Assembly (NCBI GenBank): GCA_963770835.1
Contig: CAVYRH010000026.1
Coordinates: 800,001-864,000 of the forward strand
Length of the DNA: 64,000 bases
Direction: 5' to 3'
Source: an uncultured Pseudomonadota bacterium
GTDB lineage: Bacteria; Oederibacteriota; Muellerivitia; Muellerivitales; Muellerivitaceae
Every line of letters starts with the position of its first letter. Positions within the stretch are counted from its first letter, which is position 1. Positions 38,486 through 48,835 of this stretch are shown one piece after another. Under the pieces are notes generated by a model. That model was not told the DNA's origin. It saw only the letters and a program-made list of their open reading frames with translations, and made no database searches. The translations under genes and the position numbers were made by a program.

Positions 38486-39199
38486 TTGGCGTACCTTTGC
38501 GTCAACATCGACCATATTGCCACCCTGAGGCAGACCCGGCGGGAGGAGGAACCGGAACCGCTTGAAGCCGCGCGCTTAGTGGAAAAAGCCGGGGCCCATG
38601 GCATTACAGTCCACCTCCGCGAGGACCGACGGCATATCCAGGACCGTGACGTTGTGGGACTGCGAAAGAAAGTCAAAACCAAGTTAAACCTTGAAGTGGC
38701 CGCCACCGATTCCATGGTGAAATTCGCTTTAAACATCCGGCCCGATCAGGTCACCCTTGTGCCGGAGAAACGGCAGGAGTTGACCACCGAAGGTGGGCTT
38801 TCGCTCAGGTCCTCCCCCAGCCGGTTCCAAAAAGCCATCGACCTTCTCCAAGCAAAGGGAATCCCGGTTTCGTTGTTTATCAATCCCGCATCCCCGGTGG
38901 TCCAGTTATCCGCCCGCATGGGAGCCACTTTTATCGAACTCCATACCGGAGGTTACAGCCAAGCCTGTCGGCTGAAAGGAAATGTCAAAAAGGAATTCCT
39001 GGACCTGGTTTCGGGAGCCCGCCTGGCCCGGTCCCTCGGGCTCAAGGTACACGCGGGCCATGGCTTGACCTATCAAAACGTGACGCCCATCGCGGCCATG
39101 CCTGAAATCGAGGATTTGAACATCGGTCATAACATCATTGCCCGTGCTTCTATGGTAGGATTGGAGAAGGCAGTGAAGGAAATGCTGGCCTTGTTGTGA
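38486..39199 (+). CDS. pdxJ: Pyridoxine 5'-phosphate synthase
   Basis: VNIDHIATLR, TVHLREDRRHI, ELTTEGG, AGHGL, NIGH; TTG start. Confidence 0.96.
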   Translation: MAYLCVNIDHIATLRQTRREEEPEPLEAARLVEKAGAHGITVHLREDRRHIQDRDVVGLRKKVKTKLNLEVAATDSMVKFALNIRPDQVTLVPEKRQELTTEGGLSLRSSPSRFQKAIDLLQAKGIPVSLFINPASPVVQLSARMGATFIELHTGGYSQACRLKGNVKKEFLDLVSGARLARSLGLKVHAGHGLTYQNVTPIAAMPEIEDLNIGHNIIARASMVGLEKAVKEMLALL

Positions 39200-39228
39200 A
39201 AAGCTCGCCGGGATTAAGGGAGGAACCA

Positions 39229-39549
39229 ATGGGTTGGAAAACGGTATTTTTAATCGCTCTTTTGATCGTAGGTGCCATTGGCTATTACCTCTGGGGTAAG
39301 GTCCAAGAAGCCCCTCCCGAAGCAACCCTCCCAGGCTATACCAACGCCCTCAAGAATGACGAAGCGAAGGCCCAAGCGGCCGCAGCGGGGGCCCAATTGG
39401 ATGTTGTCAAAAGTGCCGTGGAAAAATACCGATCCGATAAAGGGACACCCCCCCCCACTCTTCAAGACTTGGTGCCAAATTATATCGACCATATTCCCGG
39501 TGGGCTCCAGTATGACGCTTCCACGGGTACGGTTTCTGTTGTCCAATAA
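39229..39549 (+). CDS. Small membrane-anchored protein with GspG/pilin-like C-terminal region
   Basis: GGGAGG RBS; TM helix; YRSDKGTPPPTLQDLVPNYI. Confidence 0.7.
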   Translation: MGWKTVFLIALLIVGAIGYYLWGKVQEAPPEATLPGYTNALKNDEAKAQAAAAGAQLDVVKSAVEKYRSDKGTPPPTLQDLVPNYIDHIPGGLQYDASTGTVSVVQ

Positions 39550-39700
39550 AACCGCCCTGTCCAAATAAACCAAAATCCTCCTAAAGACCCGGGTTTCCTT
39601 GCGCCCGAGGCTTTTCTTATCCATGGCACGGCTCGCGGTTATTGAAGTTTTCCGCTATAATTCCGACCTCTTAAAGCAAGGAAACGAGGCGGAATCATCC

Positions 39701-42373
39701 ATGGGCATTCCAACCACCGGAAGCGAGGTCCGACAGGCTTACCTGGACTTTTTTAAGTCCAAGAACCATAAGGTCGTGTCCTCTTCCTCCCTTGTCCCTG
39801 AAAATGACCCCACCCTGCTGCTGGCCAACGCCGGCATGAACCAGTTCAAACCCTACTTCCTCGGCACCGTGCCTTTCCCCCATCAGGTGCCCTACGCCAC
39901 CTCTTGCCAGAAATGCTTCCGGACGGGCGACCTGGAACGGGTGGGTTACACCGCTCGGCACCATACTTTCTTCGAGATGTTGGGCAATTTTTCATTCGGA
40001 GGCTATTTTAAGAAAGAAGCCATCGAGTGGGCCTGGGAGTTTGTGACCCAGATCCTGAAAATCAACAAGTCCCGTTTATGGGTTTCCATCTATGAAAAAG
40101 ACGACGAGGCCATGGAACTTTGGAAGAAGACGTCGGGCCTTCCGGAAAACCGCATCGTCCGTATGGGCGAGGATTCAAACTTTTGGACCATGGGACCTAC
40201 CGGTCCCTGCGGTCCCTGTTCCGAGATTTATGTCGACCTGGCCCCCGAAAAGGGTGAGACAAAAGATTTTGAGAGGGACGCTGAAGAGGGCCGGTACCTG
40301 GAAATTTGGAACCTGGTTTTCACCCAGTTTGACCGGCAGGAAGACGGTACTTTGAAGCCTCTCCCCAAGCCTAACATCGACACGGGTATGGGCTTGGAGC
40401 GAGTGGCCAGCGTCATGCAGAATGTCCCCTCGAACTTTGAGACGGACCTCCTGGCCCCACTCATGAAGGCCATCGCCCACGCGGGAAACATCGAATTCAA
40501 AGCCGACAGTTCCCAAACTTATACTTCCTTGAAGGTTATTAGTGACCACCTGCGGGCCACCACTTTTCTCATCGCCGACGGAGTCCTCCCCTCCAACGAA
40601 GGACGGGGCTATGTGCTTCGCCGGATTTTACGCCGTGCCATCCGGCATGGGAAGCTGCTTGGTTTCAACGAGCCATTCCTTTCAGAACTGACCTTGGAAG
40701 TTGGAAAACTCATGGGCGGCGTCTATCCGGAAGTGGCGGAGCGCAAGGAACATATTCGGAACGTTGTCCGCGCCGAAGAAGAGCGCTTCTACGAAACCCT
40801 GGCCGCTGGCACTGAACGTCTTCTCGAGAAGATTGAGGGGTTGAAAAAGACGAAATCCTCCACCCTCTCCGGGGAAGAAGCTTTCATGCTTTACGACACC
40901 TTCGGCTTTCCCCTGGACATCACTAAGGAAATCCTGAAGGAAAAGAACCTTTCCGTGGACGAGACGGGATTCCAAAAAGCCATGGAAAGCCAAAAGGAAA
41001 AAGCCCGGCTGGGCTGGAAGGGAAGCGGCGACGCCGTCCTTCCCCCTATTTATAAGGAATTGGATTCGAAATTGCCGGCGACGGTTTTCAAGGGCTATGA
41101 GAAAACGAAAGATATCGGCGCAGTCGTTCAAATCGTCTGGGTGAAGGATAAAAAACATGAACCCGTGGAGAAGCTGGCGGAGGGGGAATACGGCTTCGTG
41201 ATCCTCAACCAAACGCCTTTTTACGCCGAAAAAGGCGGCCAGATCGGCGACAAGGGGGTTCTGCAGGGCTTCAATTCCGCCGAAGTTTCCTGGGCGGACG
41301 TTCTGGACACCCAGATGGTCAGCGATAACCTGATCGGCCATTGGTGCTTCATGAAGCGAGGGAAATTGGCTATGGGACAAAAGGTTGAGGCCGCGGTGGA
41401 GGAAAGCGAACGACGGGCCACTATGCGCAATCACACAGCCACCCATTTGATGCACGCCGCCCTTCGGAAGGTCCTGGGAAACCATGTGGGGCAGGCGGGG
41501 AGTTACGTTGGGCCGGACCGCCTGCGGTTTGACTTTACCCATTTTGAAGCGGTCAAACCCGACCAACTGCGGCAGATCGAAAACCTGGTCAACCAGCGCA
41601 TCCTGGACAACATCGAGGTTTCTAAGAACGAAATGAGCTTTGATGAAGCCAAAAAGAAGGGCGCCCTGGCCTTTTTCAGTGACAAATACGGCGAACGGGT
41701 GCGGGTAGTGGATGTGCCGGGGTTTTCCACTGAGCTCTGCGGCGGAACCCATGTGAACCGGACCGGGGATATCGGCTTGTTCAAGATCGAAAGTGAATCC
41801 TCCGTGGCTTCGGGCGTCCGCCGTATCGAGGCCGTGACGGGCGAAGGCTCTTTATTAAAGGTCCGGCTAGAAGAAGAAATCATCAAGGACGTGGCCCAAT
41901 TATTGAAAAGTTCCAATAACGAATTGAAAACGAAGGTCCAAAGCCTGCTGGAGGAGATGAAATCCAAAGAGAGGGAATTGTCTTCCCTTAAATCCAAACT
42001 TGCCAGTAGCCTGGTGGACGAAGTGCTGGGCAACAAGAAGGATGTGAAGGGCGTTTCCCTGGTGGTTGCCCGCACGGACGAATTGGACCCGGACGGCATG
42101 CGCCAACTGATCGACACCCTTAAATTAAAAATGGGAAGCGGCGTGATCGTCCTGGGCAGCGGCAAACCGGACCAAATCGCCTTCATCGCCGGCGTCACGA
42201 AAGACCTAACGGGAAAAATCAAGGCCGGGGATATCGTGAAAGAAGTGGCCAAGATCACCGGCGGCGGCGGAGGAGGGCGACCCGACTTGGCCCAAGCAGG
42301 CGGCAAGGACGCCTCCAAGGTCGATGAGGCTTTGCGACAAGTGCCCCAAATCCTGGAAAAGGCGATTCATTGA
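39701..42373 (+). CDS. alaS: Alanine--tRNA ligase
   Basis: NAGMNQFK, HHTFFEMLGNFS, DTGMGLER, NHTATH, ELCGGTH, GGGGRPDLAQAGG. Confidence 0.99.
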   Translation: MGIPTTGSEVRQAYLDFFKSKNHKVVSSSSLVPENDPTLLLANAGMNQFKPYFLGTVPFPHQVPYATSCQKCFRTGDLERVGYTARHHTFFEMLGNFSFGGYFKKEAIEWAWEFVTQILKINKSRLWVSIYEKDDEAMELWKKTSGLPENRIVRMGEDSNFWTMGPTGPCGPCSEIYVDLAPEKGETKDFERDAEEGRYLEIWNLVFTQFDRQEDGTLKPLPKPNIDTGMGLERVASVMQNVPSNFETDLLAPLMKAIAHAGNIEFKADSSQTYTSLKVISDHLRATTFLIADGVLPSNEGRGYVLRRILRRAIRHGKLLGFNEPFLSELTLEVGKLMGGVYPEVAERKEHIRNVVRAEEERFYETLAAGTERLLEKIEGLKKTKSSTLSGEEAFMLYDTFGFPLDITKEILKEKNLSVDETGFQKAMESQKEKARLGWKGSGDAVLPPIYKELDSKLPATVFKGYEKTKDIGAVVQIVWVKDKKHEPVEKLAEGEYGFVILNQTPFYAEKGGQIGDKGVLQGFNSAEVSWADVLDTQMVSDNLIGHWCFMKRGKLAMGQKVEAAVEESERRATMRNHTATHLMHAALRKVLGNHVGQAGSYVGPDRLRFDFTHFEAVKPDQLRQIENLVNQRILDNIEVSKNEMSFDEAKKKGALAFFSDKYGERVRVVDVPGFSTELCGGTHVNRTGDIGLFKIESESSVASGVRRIEAVTGEGSLLKVRLEEEIIKDVAQLLKSSNNELKTKVQSLLEEMKSKERELSSLKSKLASSLVDEVLGNKKDVKGVSLVVARTDELDPDGMRQLIDTLKLKMGSGVIVLGSGKPDQIAFIAGVTKDLTGKIKAGDIVKEVAKITGGGGGGRPDLAQAGGKDASKVDEALRQVPQILEKAIH

Positions 42374-42813
42374 AGCGTTGGCTGGGCCTGGACTTGGGCC
42401 ATGTCCGTATCGGCGTGGCTTTGTCGGACCCCCTGGGTATGACCGCCCAACCCCTGACGGTTTTAAAATCCGCTGGCACCCAAAAAGACATCATTGCGAT
42501 TGGCGAATTGGTGGACCAATATGAAGTCACCCAGGTTATCGTGGGGCTTCCCCTGAATATGGATGGCACGGAAAGTTCTACGACGAAAAAGGTCAGGGAA
42601 TTCACCACGAAATTTTCGGGGCGTTTGAATGTTCCGGTGTTTTTTGTGGACGAACGCTTGACCAGCAAGCAAGCGGAACGGGTGATGATCGAAGGGGACA
42701 GCCGAAGGGAAGACCGCCGCCAAAAAATCGATAAGGTGGCCGCGGCACTTTTACTTCAATCAGCCCTCCAAGGGGCACCCTTGATACCGGTGGAAAAACA
42801 TGAAAATCCTTAA
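42370..42813 (+). CDS. ruvX: YqgF/RuvX nuclease
   Basis: LGLDLG-RIGVA, VGLPLNMDG, DERLTS, IDKVAA. Confidence 0.95.
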   Translation: MKRWLGLDLGHVRIGVALSDPLGMTAQPLTVLKSAGTQKDIIAIGELVDQYEVTQVIVGLPLNMDGTESSTTKKVREFTTKFSGRLNVPVFFVDERLTSKQAERVMIEGDSRREDRRQKIDKVAAALLLQSALQGAPLIPVEKHENP

Positions 42814-43819
42814 AATTTACGGCTACGCTTTCCTCATGGTTTTCGTGCTTTGCACCTTTGTTTTCATTCCCCCTTTCTTTTTTCCGGGACAGGACATGGA
42901 CATCCCGGTTTATTCCAAGACGACGGCGCGGGAGATCGCCCAAAGCCTTAAGGAAAAAGGGATCATCCATTTCTCCCTTCCTTTCCTGGCCCTGGCCAAG
43001 TTGACCCACGCCGACCGCAAGTTGAAAGCAGGGCTTTACCGCCTGAACCCGCGCATGAGCCTGTGGGATATCCTGACGACCCTTTCCTTGGGTAAGAGTG
43101 AACTTTTGACCCTGAAAGTTCCAGAAGGCTATACCACCGACCAAATAGCCCAAGAGTTGGAAAAACTGAAAGTGATCTCCTCGGCGGATTTTATGAAAAC
43201 TGCACAAGACGCCAAGCTTTTGAAAACCCTGGATATCAAGGGCCCCAGCGTGGAGGGGTTTCTCTTTCCCCAAACCTACCGTGTGCCCATCAGTGCCGAT
43301 GGAGAAGCCCTGGTGGATCTGATGGTCCGGCAGTTTTACGATACGGTTGGGGTCGATTTCGAAACCCGTTGCAGGGAAAAAGGATTAACCCCCTATCAGG
43401 CGGTCATCCTGGCTTCCATGGTGGAAAAGGAAGCCCGAAAAGAGGAGGAAAGGCCCATCATCGCGGGGGTTATGTACAACCGCTTGCACAATAAAATCCG
43501 CCTGGAAGTAAACGCCACCCTAAATTACGTTTTAGCGGAAAAACGGGCCTGGCTGACCAATGCCCAATTGAACACCCAATCGCCTTACAACACCTACCAG
43601 CACCGCGGCTTGCCGCCCACACCCATCTGCAATCCCGGGTTGGCTTCCATCCAGGCCGTGTTGGATCCAGCGGATGTGCCTTACCTTTACTATGTCGCCC
43701 AAGGCGACGGTTCTCATCTTTTCGCCACCACTTTTGAGGAACATGAGAAAAACGTGGCTAAAGCCAAGAGTATCCGCAGGGCCAAACGGCGGCAGCAAAA
43801 GGCCGCCTTGGAGCAGTAA
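42800..43819 (+). CDS. mltG: Endolytic transglycosylase MltG
   Basis: VPEGY, EGFLFP, LASMVEKE, SPYNTY, GLPPTPICNPG. Confidence 0.95.
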   Translation: MKILKIYGYAFLMVFVLCTFVFIPPFFFPGQDMDIPVYSKTTAREIAQSLKEKGIIHFSLPFLALAKLTHADRKLKAGLYRLNPRMSLWDILTTLSLGKSELLTLKVPEGYTTDQIAQELEKLKVISSADFMKTAQDAKLLKTLDIKGPSVEGFLFPQTYRVPISADGEALVDLMVRQFYDTVGVDFETRCREKGLTPYQAVILASMVEKEARKEEERPIIAGVMYNRLHNKIRLEVNATLNYVLAEKRAWLTNAQLNTQSPYNTYQHRGLPPTPICNPGLASIQAVLDPADVPYLYYVAQGDGSHLFATTFEEHEKNVAKAKSIRRAKRRQQKAALEQ

Positions 43820-43839
43820 CGTTCGAAAGGCGGTCCTGG

Positions 43840-44598
43840 ATGAATATCGGTTATTTTTATTATCTCGTCCCCCTGCTTCAAATTATTACCGCCGTCCACG
43901 TGATCAAAAGCGGCCGCAGCTGGTATTGGCTTTTGATCATCTTTTTCTTCCCGATGATCGGTGTTGCCGTTTATTTTTTTGCCGAGATGGCGCCTGGTTT
44001 CCAACGCGGCGGGTTCCAAGGCGTGGTGGAAGGCCTGTTGAACGCGGTCCTGCCGGGCAGACAGCTAAAACATCTCCAGGAGGCCTTGGAGGATGCGGAC
44101 ACGGTCCAAAACCGCAAGGCCCTGGCCGAATATTATTTATCCCAGGGGGAAACCGCAAAAGCGGTGGAGCTTTACCGATCCTGCCTGACGGGTGTTTTCA
44201 AGGATGACCCCCATGTGAACCTTGGTTATGCCTGCTGCCTGGTGGAGGCGGGAGAAGCGGCGGAAGCCCTCAAAATTCTTGACGCCTTGAGGCAAAAGAA
44301 CGCCGTTTATGAAACCTCCCGACGGGACCTTTATTACGCCCGGGCTTTGGAGGCCCAGGGGAAAGAAAAAGAAGCCCTGCAAACCTATGAGGAGCTCCTG
44401 CAGAAATACGGCAGCGAGGTGGAAGGAGCCTGTCGCCTGGGACTTCTCTACGAAAAAGTGGGCCAAAAAGAAAAGGCCTTACCGCTTTATAAAGATCTAG
44501 CGAGAAAGTCCCAAAGATTCTCCGCCCATTACCGCAAGGAACAAATTATTTGGATCAACAAGGCAAGGGAAAGAATGAAGGAACTCCAGGCATCCTGA
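43840..44598 (+). CDS. Membrane-anchored TPR protein
   Basis: N-terminal TM hairpin (VHVIKSGR..WLLIIFFFPMIG) followed by TPRs. Confidence 0.85.
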   Translation: MNIGYFYYLVPLLQIITAVHVIKSGRSWYWLLIIFFFPMIGVAVYFFAEMAPGFQRGGFQGVVEGLLNAVLPGRQLKHLQEALEDADTVQNRKALAEYYLSQGETAKAVELYRSCLTGVFKDDPHVNLGYACCLVEAGEAAEALKILDALRQKNAVYETSRRDLYYARALEAQGKEKEALQTYEELLQKYGSEVEGACRLGLLYEKVGQKEKALPLYKDLARKSQRFSAHYRKEQIIWINKARERMKELQAS

Positions 44599-44646
44599 TC
44601 CCTTATTTCGCTTGCGGGGGCGACCTTCCCATCGTAGTTTACCGCC

Positions 44647-45863
44647 ATGAAAAAGCTTGGCTCCCCAACAGCTGAAAATCCATCCGCGTATTCCAAGAAC
44701 CTGTGGAAACTGAACGGCATTCGTCTGCTGTTTTGGATGCATTTTTTTGGCCCTGTCCTTGTGGTTTTCTTCACTCAATGGGGAAAACTTTCGCTTTCCC
44801 AGGTCTTTTACCTCAACGCCTGGTTTTTCTTCTGCAATTTCCTTTTTGAGGTTCCCACTGGAGCCCTGGCGGACCGGTTCGGCCGCAAGGCTTCCTTGGC
44901 CCTGGGTTCGCTCCTCGGGTTTGGCGCGGCGTTCCTTTATACAAGCCGTCCCCTGATCGGGGTCTTCCTGGCCGCGGAAGCGGTCTTCGCCTTGGCCTTT
45001 ACCTTTCATTCCGGGGCGGATGAGGCACTGGCTTATGACAGTTTGAAGGTCCTGGGACAGGAGAAGCATTCCAAAAAGATATTGACCCGCATGGAGGCCT
45101 TTAAACTCAGCGGGATCTTATTCGCTTCCCTCACGGGAGGGTTCATCGCGGACCAGTGGGGTTTACCCGCGCCTTTAAGAGCCACCGGGGTGGCCATGTT
45201 CTTGTCCTTTTTCGTCGTTCTCCTGGTCCATGAGCCAAAAGCCCCGCGTCTTAAGCCAAACCGCAGGGATTACGGAAAGATCATCAAGGAAGGAGTTCGT
45301 TTTTTCGCCGGTCACCGGATTCTTTGGATTCTTACACTCGAGGCGACGGTCATTAACGCCCTGGCTTGGGCCATGATTTGGCTCAACCAGCCTTTTTTAC
45401 TGGAGGACGGGCTTCCCTTGAAATATTTCGGATTGGTGCAGGCTTTGTCGGTGGGGGGGAAATATTAGTCCTTTCCCACCAGCCTTTCCTGGAAAAACTT
45501 TTCGGCTCAAAAAAAGGCGTGCTGACGGGCGGGGGCATCCTGACCGGCGCGGCTTTCCTGGCCTTGGGATGGAGCAGGTCAATACTGGTCGCGATTCCCG
45601 CCATCGTTGTCGCCTTCACTTTTGGGTTGACCCGCCTTACCCTTTTCAGTTCTTACATGAACAAATATATTCCCTCGGACAAAAGGGCCACTGTTCTATC
45701 CGCTTCCGCCATGGTCCGCACCCTGGGTGTCCTCCTTTCCATGCTGACCATTGGAAAGGGCTTGGATCACTGGCCGATTCAACCGATCGCCGTCGGTATT
45801 GGGGTATGTCTTGTGTTCTTGTCGGTTTTTTCCCGCATCGAGGAAGATCATTTAAAAGACTAA
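44647..45863 (+). pseudogene. MFS transporter split by a frameshift at a G7 tract
   Basis: EVPTGALADRFGRK motif in 44647-45468; C-terminal half (DKRATVLS) in the -1 frame to 45863; one extra G at 45453-45459 restores VGGEILVL. Confidence 0.85.
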
Positions 45864-45926
45864 ACAGAGTCATTCCAACCCTGTTTCCCCTTGCGGGATG
45901 GCCTTTCCTGGCTTAATTTAAAGCAC

Positions 45927-46619
45927 ATGCAGATTCAGGCTTTCCACCTCGCGAAAATTCACGACTCCGGCGTCAAAGTCCTGGACGACGCTTATTTTTC
46001 AGCCCCGGAGGGTTCTTTCGTCGTGATCTTAGGCGAAAGCCGAACCGGCAAAAGCACACTCCTCAAAATGCTGGGCGGCGAAGAAAAGCCCACCGCCGGC
46101 GTCCTGAAAATCGACCACAAGGATATTTACGCCCTGTCCGAAAAAGAAAAGCACCAATGGCTTTGCGGCGTGGGGATGATTTTTCCAGACTTGAAACTGT
46201 TCCCGGATAAAACGGTCGAGGAAAACATCCAATTCATCCTCCAGGCCAAAGGTGCCTCGGGGGAAGGCGAGAAAGAGGCCATCGAAAAGTTGCTTTCCAA
46301 CGCCGGACTGGCTGGCAAAGCCGCCTCCAAGCCCTCCGTGCTTTCTTCCGGAGAACAACGCATGGTGCTGGCCTTGAGGGCCATGATTTTCCGCCCCCGG
46401 CTGCTTTTGGCCGATGACCCCTTCCAGGGATTGGACGGCAAAACCACCTCGATTTTGTTCCACCTCTTTCTTGAATTGAACAAGATGGGATGCACCGTCG
46501 TGCTTTCCACCCAACAGATGACCTTCCCAGAGGCCGCCCAAAGCAAATCCGATCTCCCCATTCTTTGGGTGAAACTGGAACACGGCAAACTGGAGCCGTT
46601 GGAGAGAATCACTCCATGA
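45927..46619 (+). CDS. ftsE: Cell division ABC ATPase FtsE (degenerate motifs)
   Basis: GESRTGKST, LSSGEQ, LLLADDP; directly before ftsX. Confidence 0.85.
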   Translation: MQIQAFHLAKIHDSGVKVLDDAYFSAPEGSFVVILGESRTGKSTLLKMLGGEEKPTAGVLKIDHKDIYALSEKEKHQWLCGVGMIFPDLKLFPDKTVEENIQFILQAKGASGEGEKEAIEKLLSNAGLAGKAASKPSVLSSGEQRMVLALRAMIFRPRLLLADDPFQGLDGKTTSILFHLFLELNKMGCTVVLSTQQMTFPEAAQSKSDLPILWVKLEHGKLEPLERITP

Positions 46620-47518
46620 CCACCTTCTCGCGGCTGATTTACGTCTTAAAAGAAGGTTTTCTCCAGCTTTTAAGGACTCGGGGGCTTTCCACGGCCGTCA
46701 TTGTGATCGTGGCTTCCACCCTTCTCCAGCTCTCCTTTTTCCTCGGCCTTTCGCGGGTACTGGACCATGCCCTGGGTTCGGCGCGGGAAAAGTTTGAAAT
46801 GGCCGTCTTCCTTACCCCCGCCGCCGATGCTTCAGACCGCCAAAAGATACAGACTCTCCTCTTGTCGGATCCCCGGGTAGCTTCGGTCCGCCTTGTCACC
46901 AAGGAAGAGGCTCTCCAGGAGTTCCGCAAGGACCCGGAAATCGACCAGATGGTCCAGGCCTTGGGTGAAAACCCCCTCACGGATTCTTTCACGGTCATTT
47001 TGCGCAAGGACGCCATGGAGGAACCGGATGAGCTGGTGTCAAAACTTAAGCAGGATTTCCGGATCGAGGAAGTGGATTACGGCAAAAACGAATGGGAAAC
47101 CGTCTCGAACTTGAACCGCCTGGTCCAGTGGGTGGGATGGGTCCTGGGCGGCTTTATTTTTTTAACAGCCCTTTTTATCATCTCCAGCACCTTGACCTTG
47201 GCGCTTTGGGCGCGGCGCGAAGACTTTACCCTCATGGTCCGCATGGGCGCCCCGGCTTGGATGCGGTGGGGTCCTTATCTATGGGAGGGCGTTTTGGAAG
47301 GACTTGCGGGTTCACTTCTTGTAGTGGCGTTGCTGGAAGTGGTCCGCCAGGGGGCGGGAGCGGCCCTTCAAAAATACGCCGGCATCGACATGCTGCTGGC
47401 CTTGCCCCCGGCGGACTGGCATAGCCTTTACCTGACCCTACTCCTTTTAGGGGCTGTCCTCGGTTTCCTGGGCGCCTTTTTGGCGCTCCAACGGAAATGG
47501 GTAAGAGAAATCCGTTGA
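46616..47518 (+). CDS. ftsX: Cell division permease FtsX
   Basis: TKEEALQEF, ENPL, RREDFTLMVRMGA, PYLWEG. Confidence 0.9.
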   Translation: MTTFSRLIYVLKEGFLQLLRTRGLSTAVIVIVASTLLQLSFFLGLSRVLDHALGSAREKFEMAVFLTPAADASDRQKIQTLLLSDPRVASVRLVTKEEALQEFRKDPEIDQMVQALGENPLTDSFTVILRKDAMEEPDELVSKLKQDFRIEEVDYGKNEWETVSNLNRLVQWVGWVLGGFIFLTALFIISSTLTLALWARREDFTLMVRMGAPAWMRWGPYLWEGVLEGLAGSLLVVALLEVVRQGAGAALQKYAGIDMLLALPPADWHSLYLTLLLLGAVLGFLGAFLALQRKWVREIR

Positions 47519-48750
47519 AAGTGCCTAACCGCCCTTTGGGTATGGTCTTTCTTCTTTTAGGGTGCCTGCCCCTTTCCTCCCCCGCCCAGGAATCCGACGG
47601 CTCGGCCGCCCCCGCCACGACGAGTGCCGGCCAGATAAAAAAAAACATCCATCAAAGCAAAAAAGACCTTGCGGAAATTGAAAAGAAGCTTTTGGAGGAG
47701 AAAAAACGCAAGCGCCTGGATGAAATAAAGGAAAAAAGGGAACTAAACAAATTGCAATCGGTCGACCAGACTTTGGGCAAGTTGCGCCGTGAAAAAGAAG
47801 CCAATGAAGAGGACCTTCATGAAACCCATGGGCGTGTTTCCCAACTCAAGAGTGAAATGGCCCAAAACCAGGAGCAATTGGCCCAAAACCGCCAGTTGTT
47901 GAAGCGGCGTTTGGGGGCCCTTTACCGGATGTCCTTCCGGCAGCCTTTTTGGGGAGGGCTTTTGGGAGCGGAGAGCTTCAGCGACCTCGCCCGCAAGCTG
48001 AAATTTGGGATGATTCTCGCCCAAAACAATGAGAAGCTCCTTGCCCAAACCCTTCAAACCAACCAAACGCTGGAACAGGAAGAAGCCCAATGGGACGATA
48101 ACGCCCACCGTGAAAAAAGGATTTTATCGGTCCTAGGGCGTCAGGAAACGAATTATTCCCGGGAACGCAAGAACCGGACGATCTTTTTGGCCTCCCTCCA
48201 GCGTCAAAAGGAGGAACGGGAAAAGGTGATCGGGGAGTTGAACCAGGCGGCCCAGGACCTCCAGGAAAAGGTGGCCTCCCTTTTGCAACAAGCCGATGAA
48301 GGAAAACGCCAACAAGCGGCCTGGGTTTCAGCCGGGCAGGGGTTGACGGTAAAACGAGGCAGGATTCCTTGGCCCGTTTCTGGCAAAATCATTCAGTCTT
48401 TCGGCCGGTACAAAAACCCCGAGTTCAAGGAAGTTGTTGAAAATAACGGTATCCAAATCCAGGCGCCCGAAGGAACTCCCTTCCGGGCGGTTGCATCAGG
48501 GGTGGTGCGTTACGCCGACTGGTTCAAGGGCTTTGGAAAATTGGTGATTTTGGACCATGGGGGAGGGTATTATTCCCTATACGGCCAAGCCGCCGAACTG
48601 AAGGTTTCCCAAGATGAAAAGGTCGAGGCTGGCGAGGCGCTCGGGGAAGTCGGTGACACGGAGTCCTTTGTAGGACCCAGCCTTTACTTCGAGATCCGGA
48701 AGAACGGAGTGCCGCAAGATCCCGCTCTTTGGCTTAAACGCCACATGTAA
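47497..48750 (+). CDS. envC: Murein hydrolase activator EnvC (coiled coil plus inactive M23); start could be 47515 or 47542
   Basis: WPVSG, NNGIQI, ILDHGGGYYSLY, LYFEIR; synteny. Confidence 0.9.
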   Translation: MGKRNPLKVPNRPLGMVFLLLGCLPLSSPAQESDGSAAPATTSAGQIKKNIHQSKKDLAEIEKKLLEEKKRKRLDEIKEKRELNKLQSVDQTLGKLRREKEANEEDLHETHGRVSQLKSEMAQNQEQLAQNRQLLKRRLGALYRMSFRQPFWGGLLGAESFSDLARKLKFGMILAQNNEKLLAQTLQTNQTLEQEEAQWDDNAHREKRILSVLGRQETNYSRERKNRTIFLASLQRQKEEREKVIGELNQAAQDLQEKVASLLQQADEGKRQQAAWVSAGQGLTVKRGRIPWPVSGKIIQSFGRYKNPEFKEVVENNGIQIQAPEGTPFRAVASGVVRYADWFKGFGKLVILDHGGGYYSLYGQAAELKVSQDEKVEAGEALGEVGDTESFVGPSLYFEIRKNGVPQDPALWLKRHM

Positions 48751-48835
48751 TGAAGTTTGAGTCTTGAATCCCGGCCATTTTTAACCCTTTGTTAAAAACT
48801 TAGCCGATTTTAAAAATGAATTTTCGGAGGATGTC

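Noticed and set aside
48361..48750. Missing zinc ligands in the M23 domain as a novelty
   Set aside because: A degenerate LytM site is normal for EnvC activators
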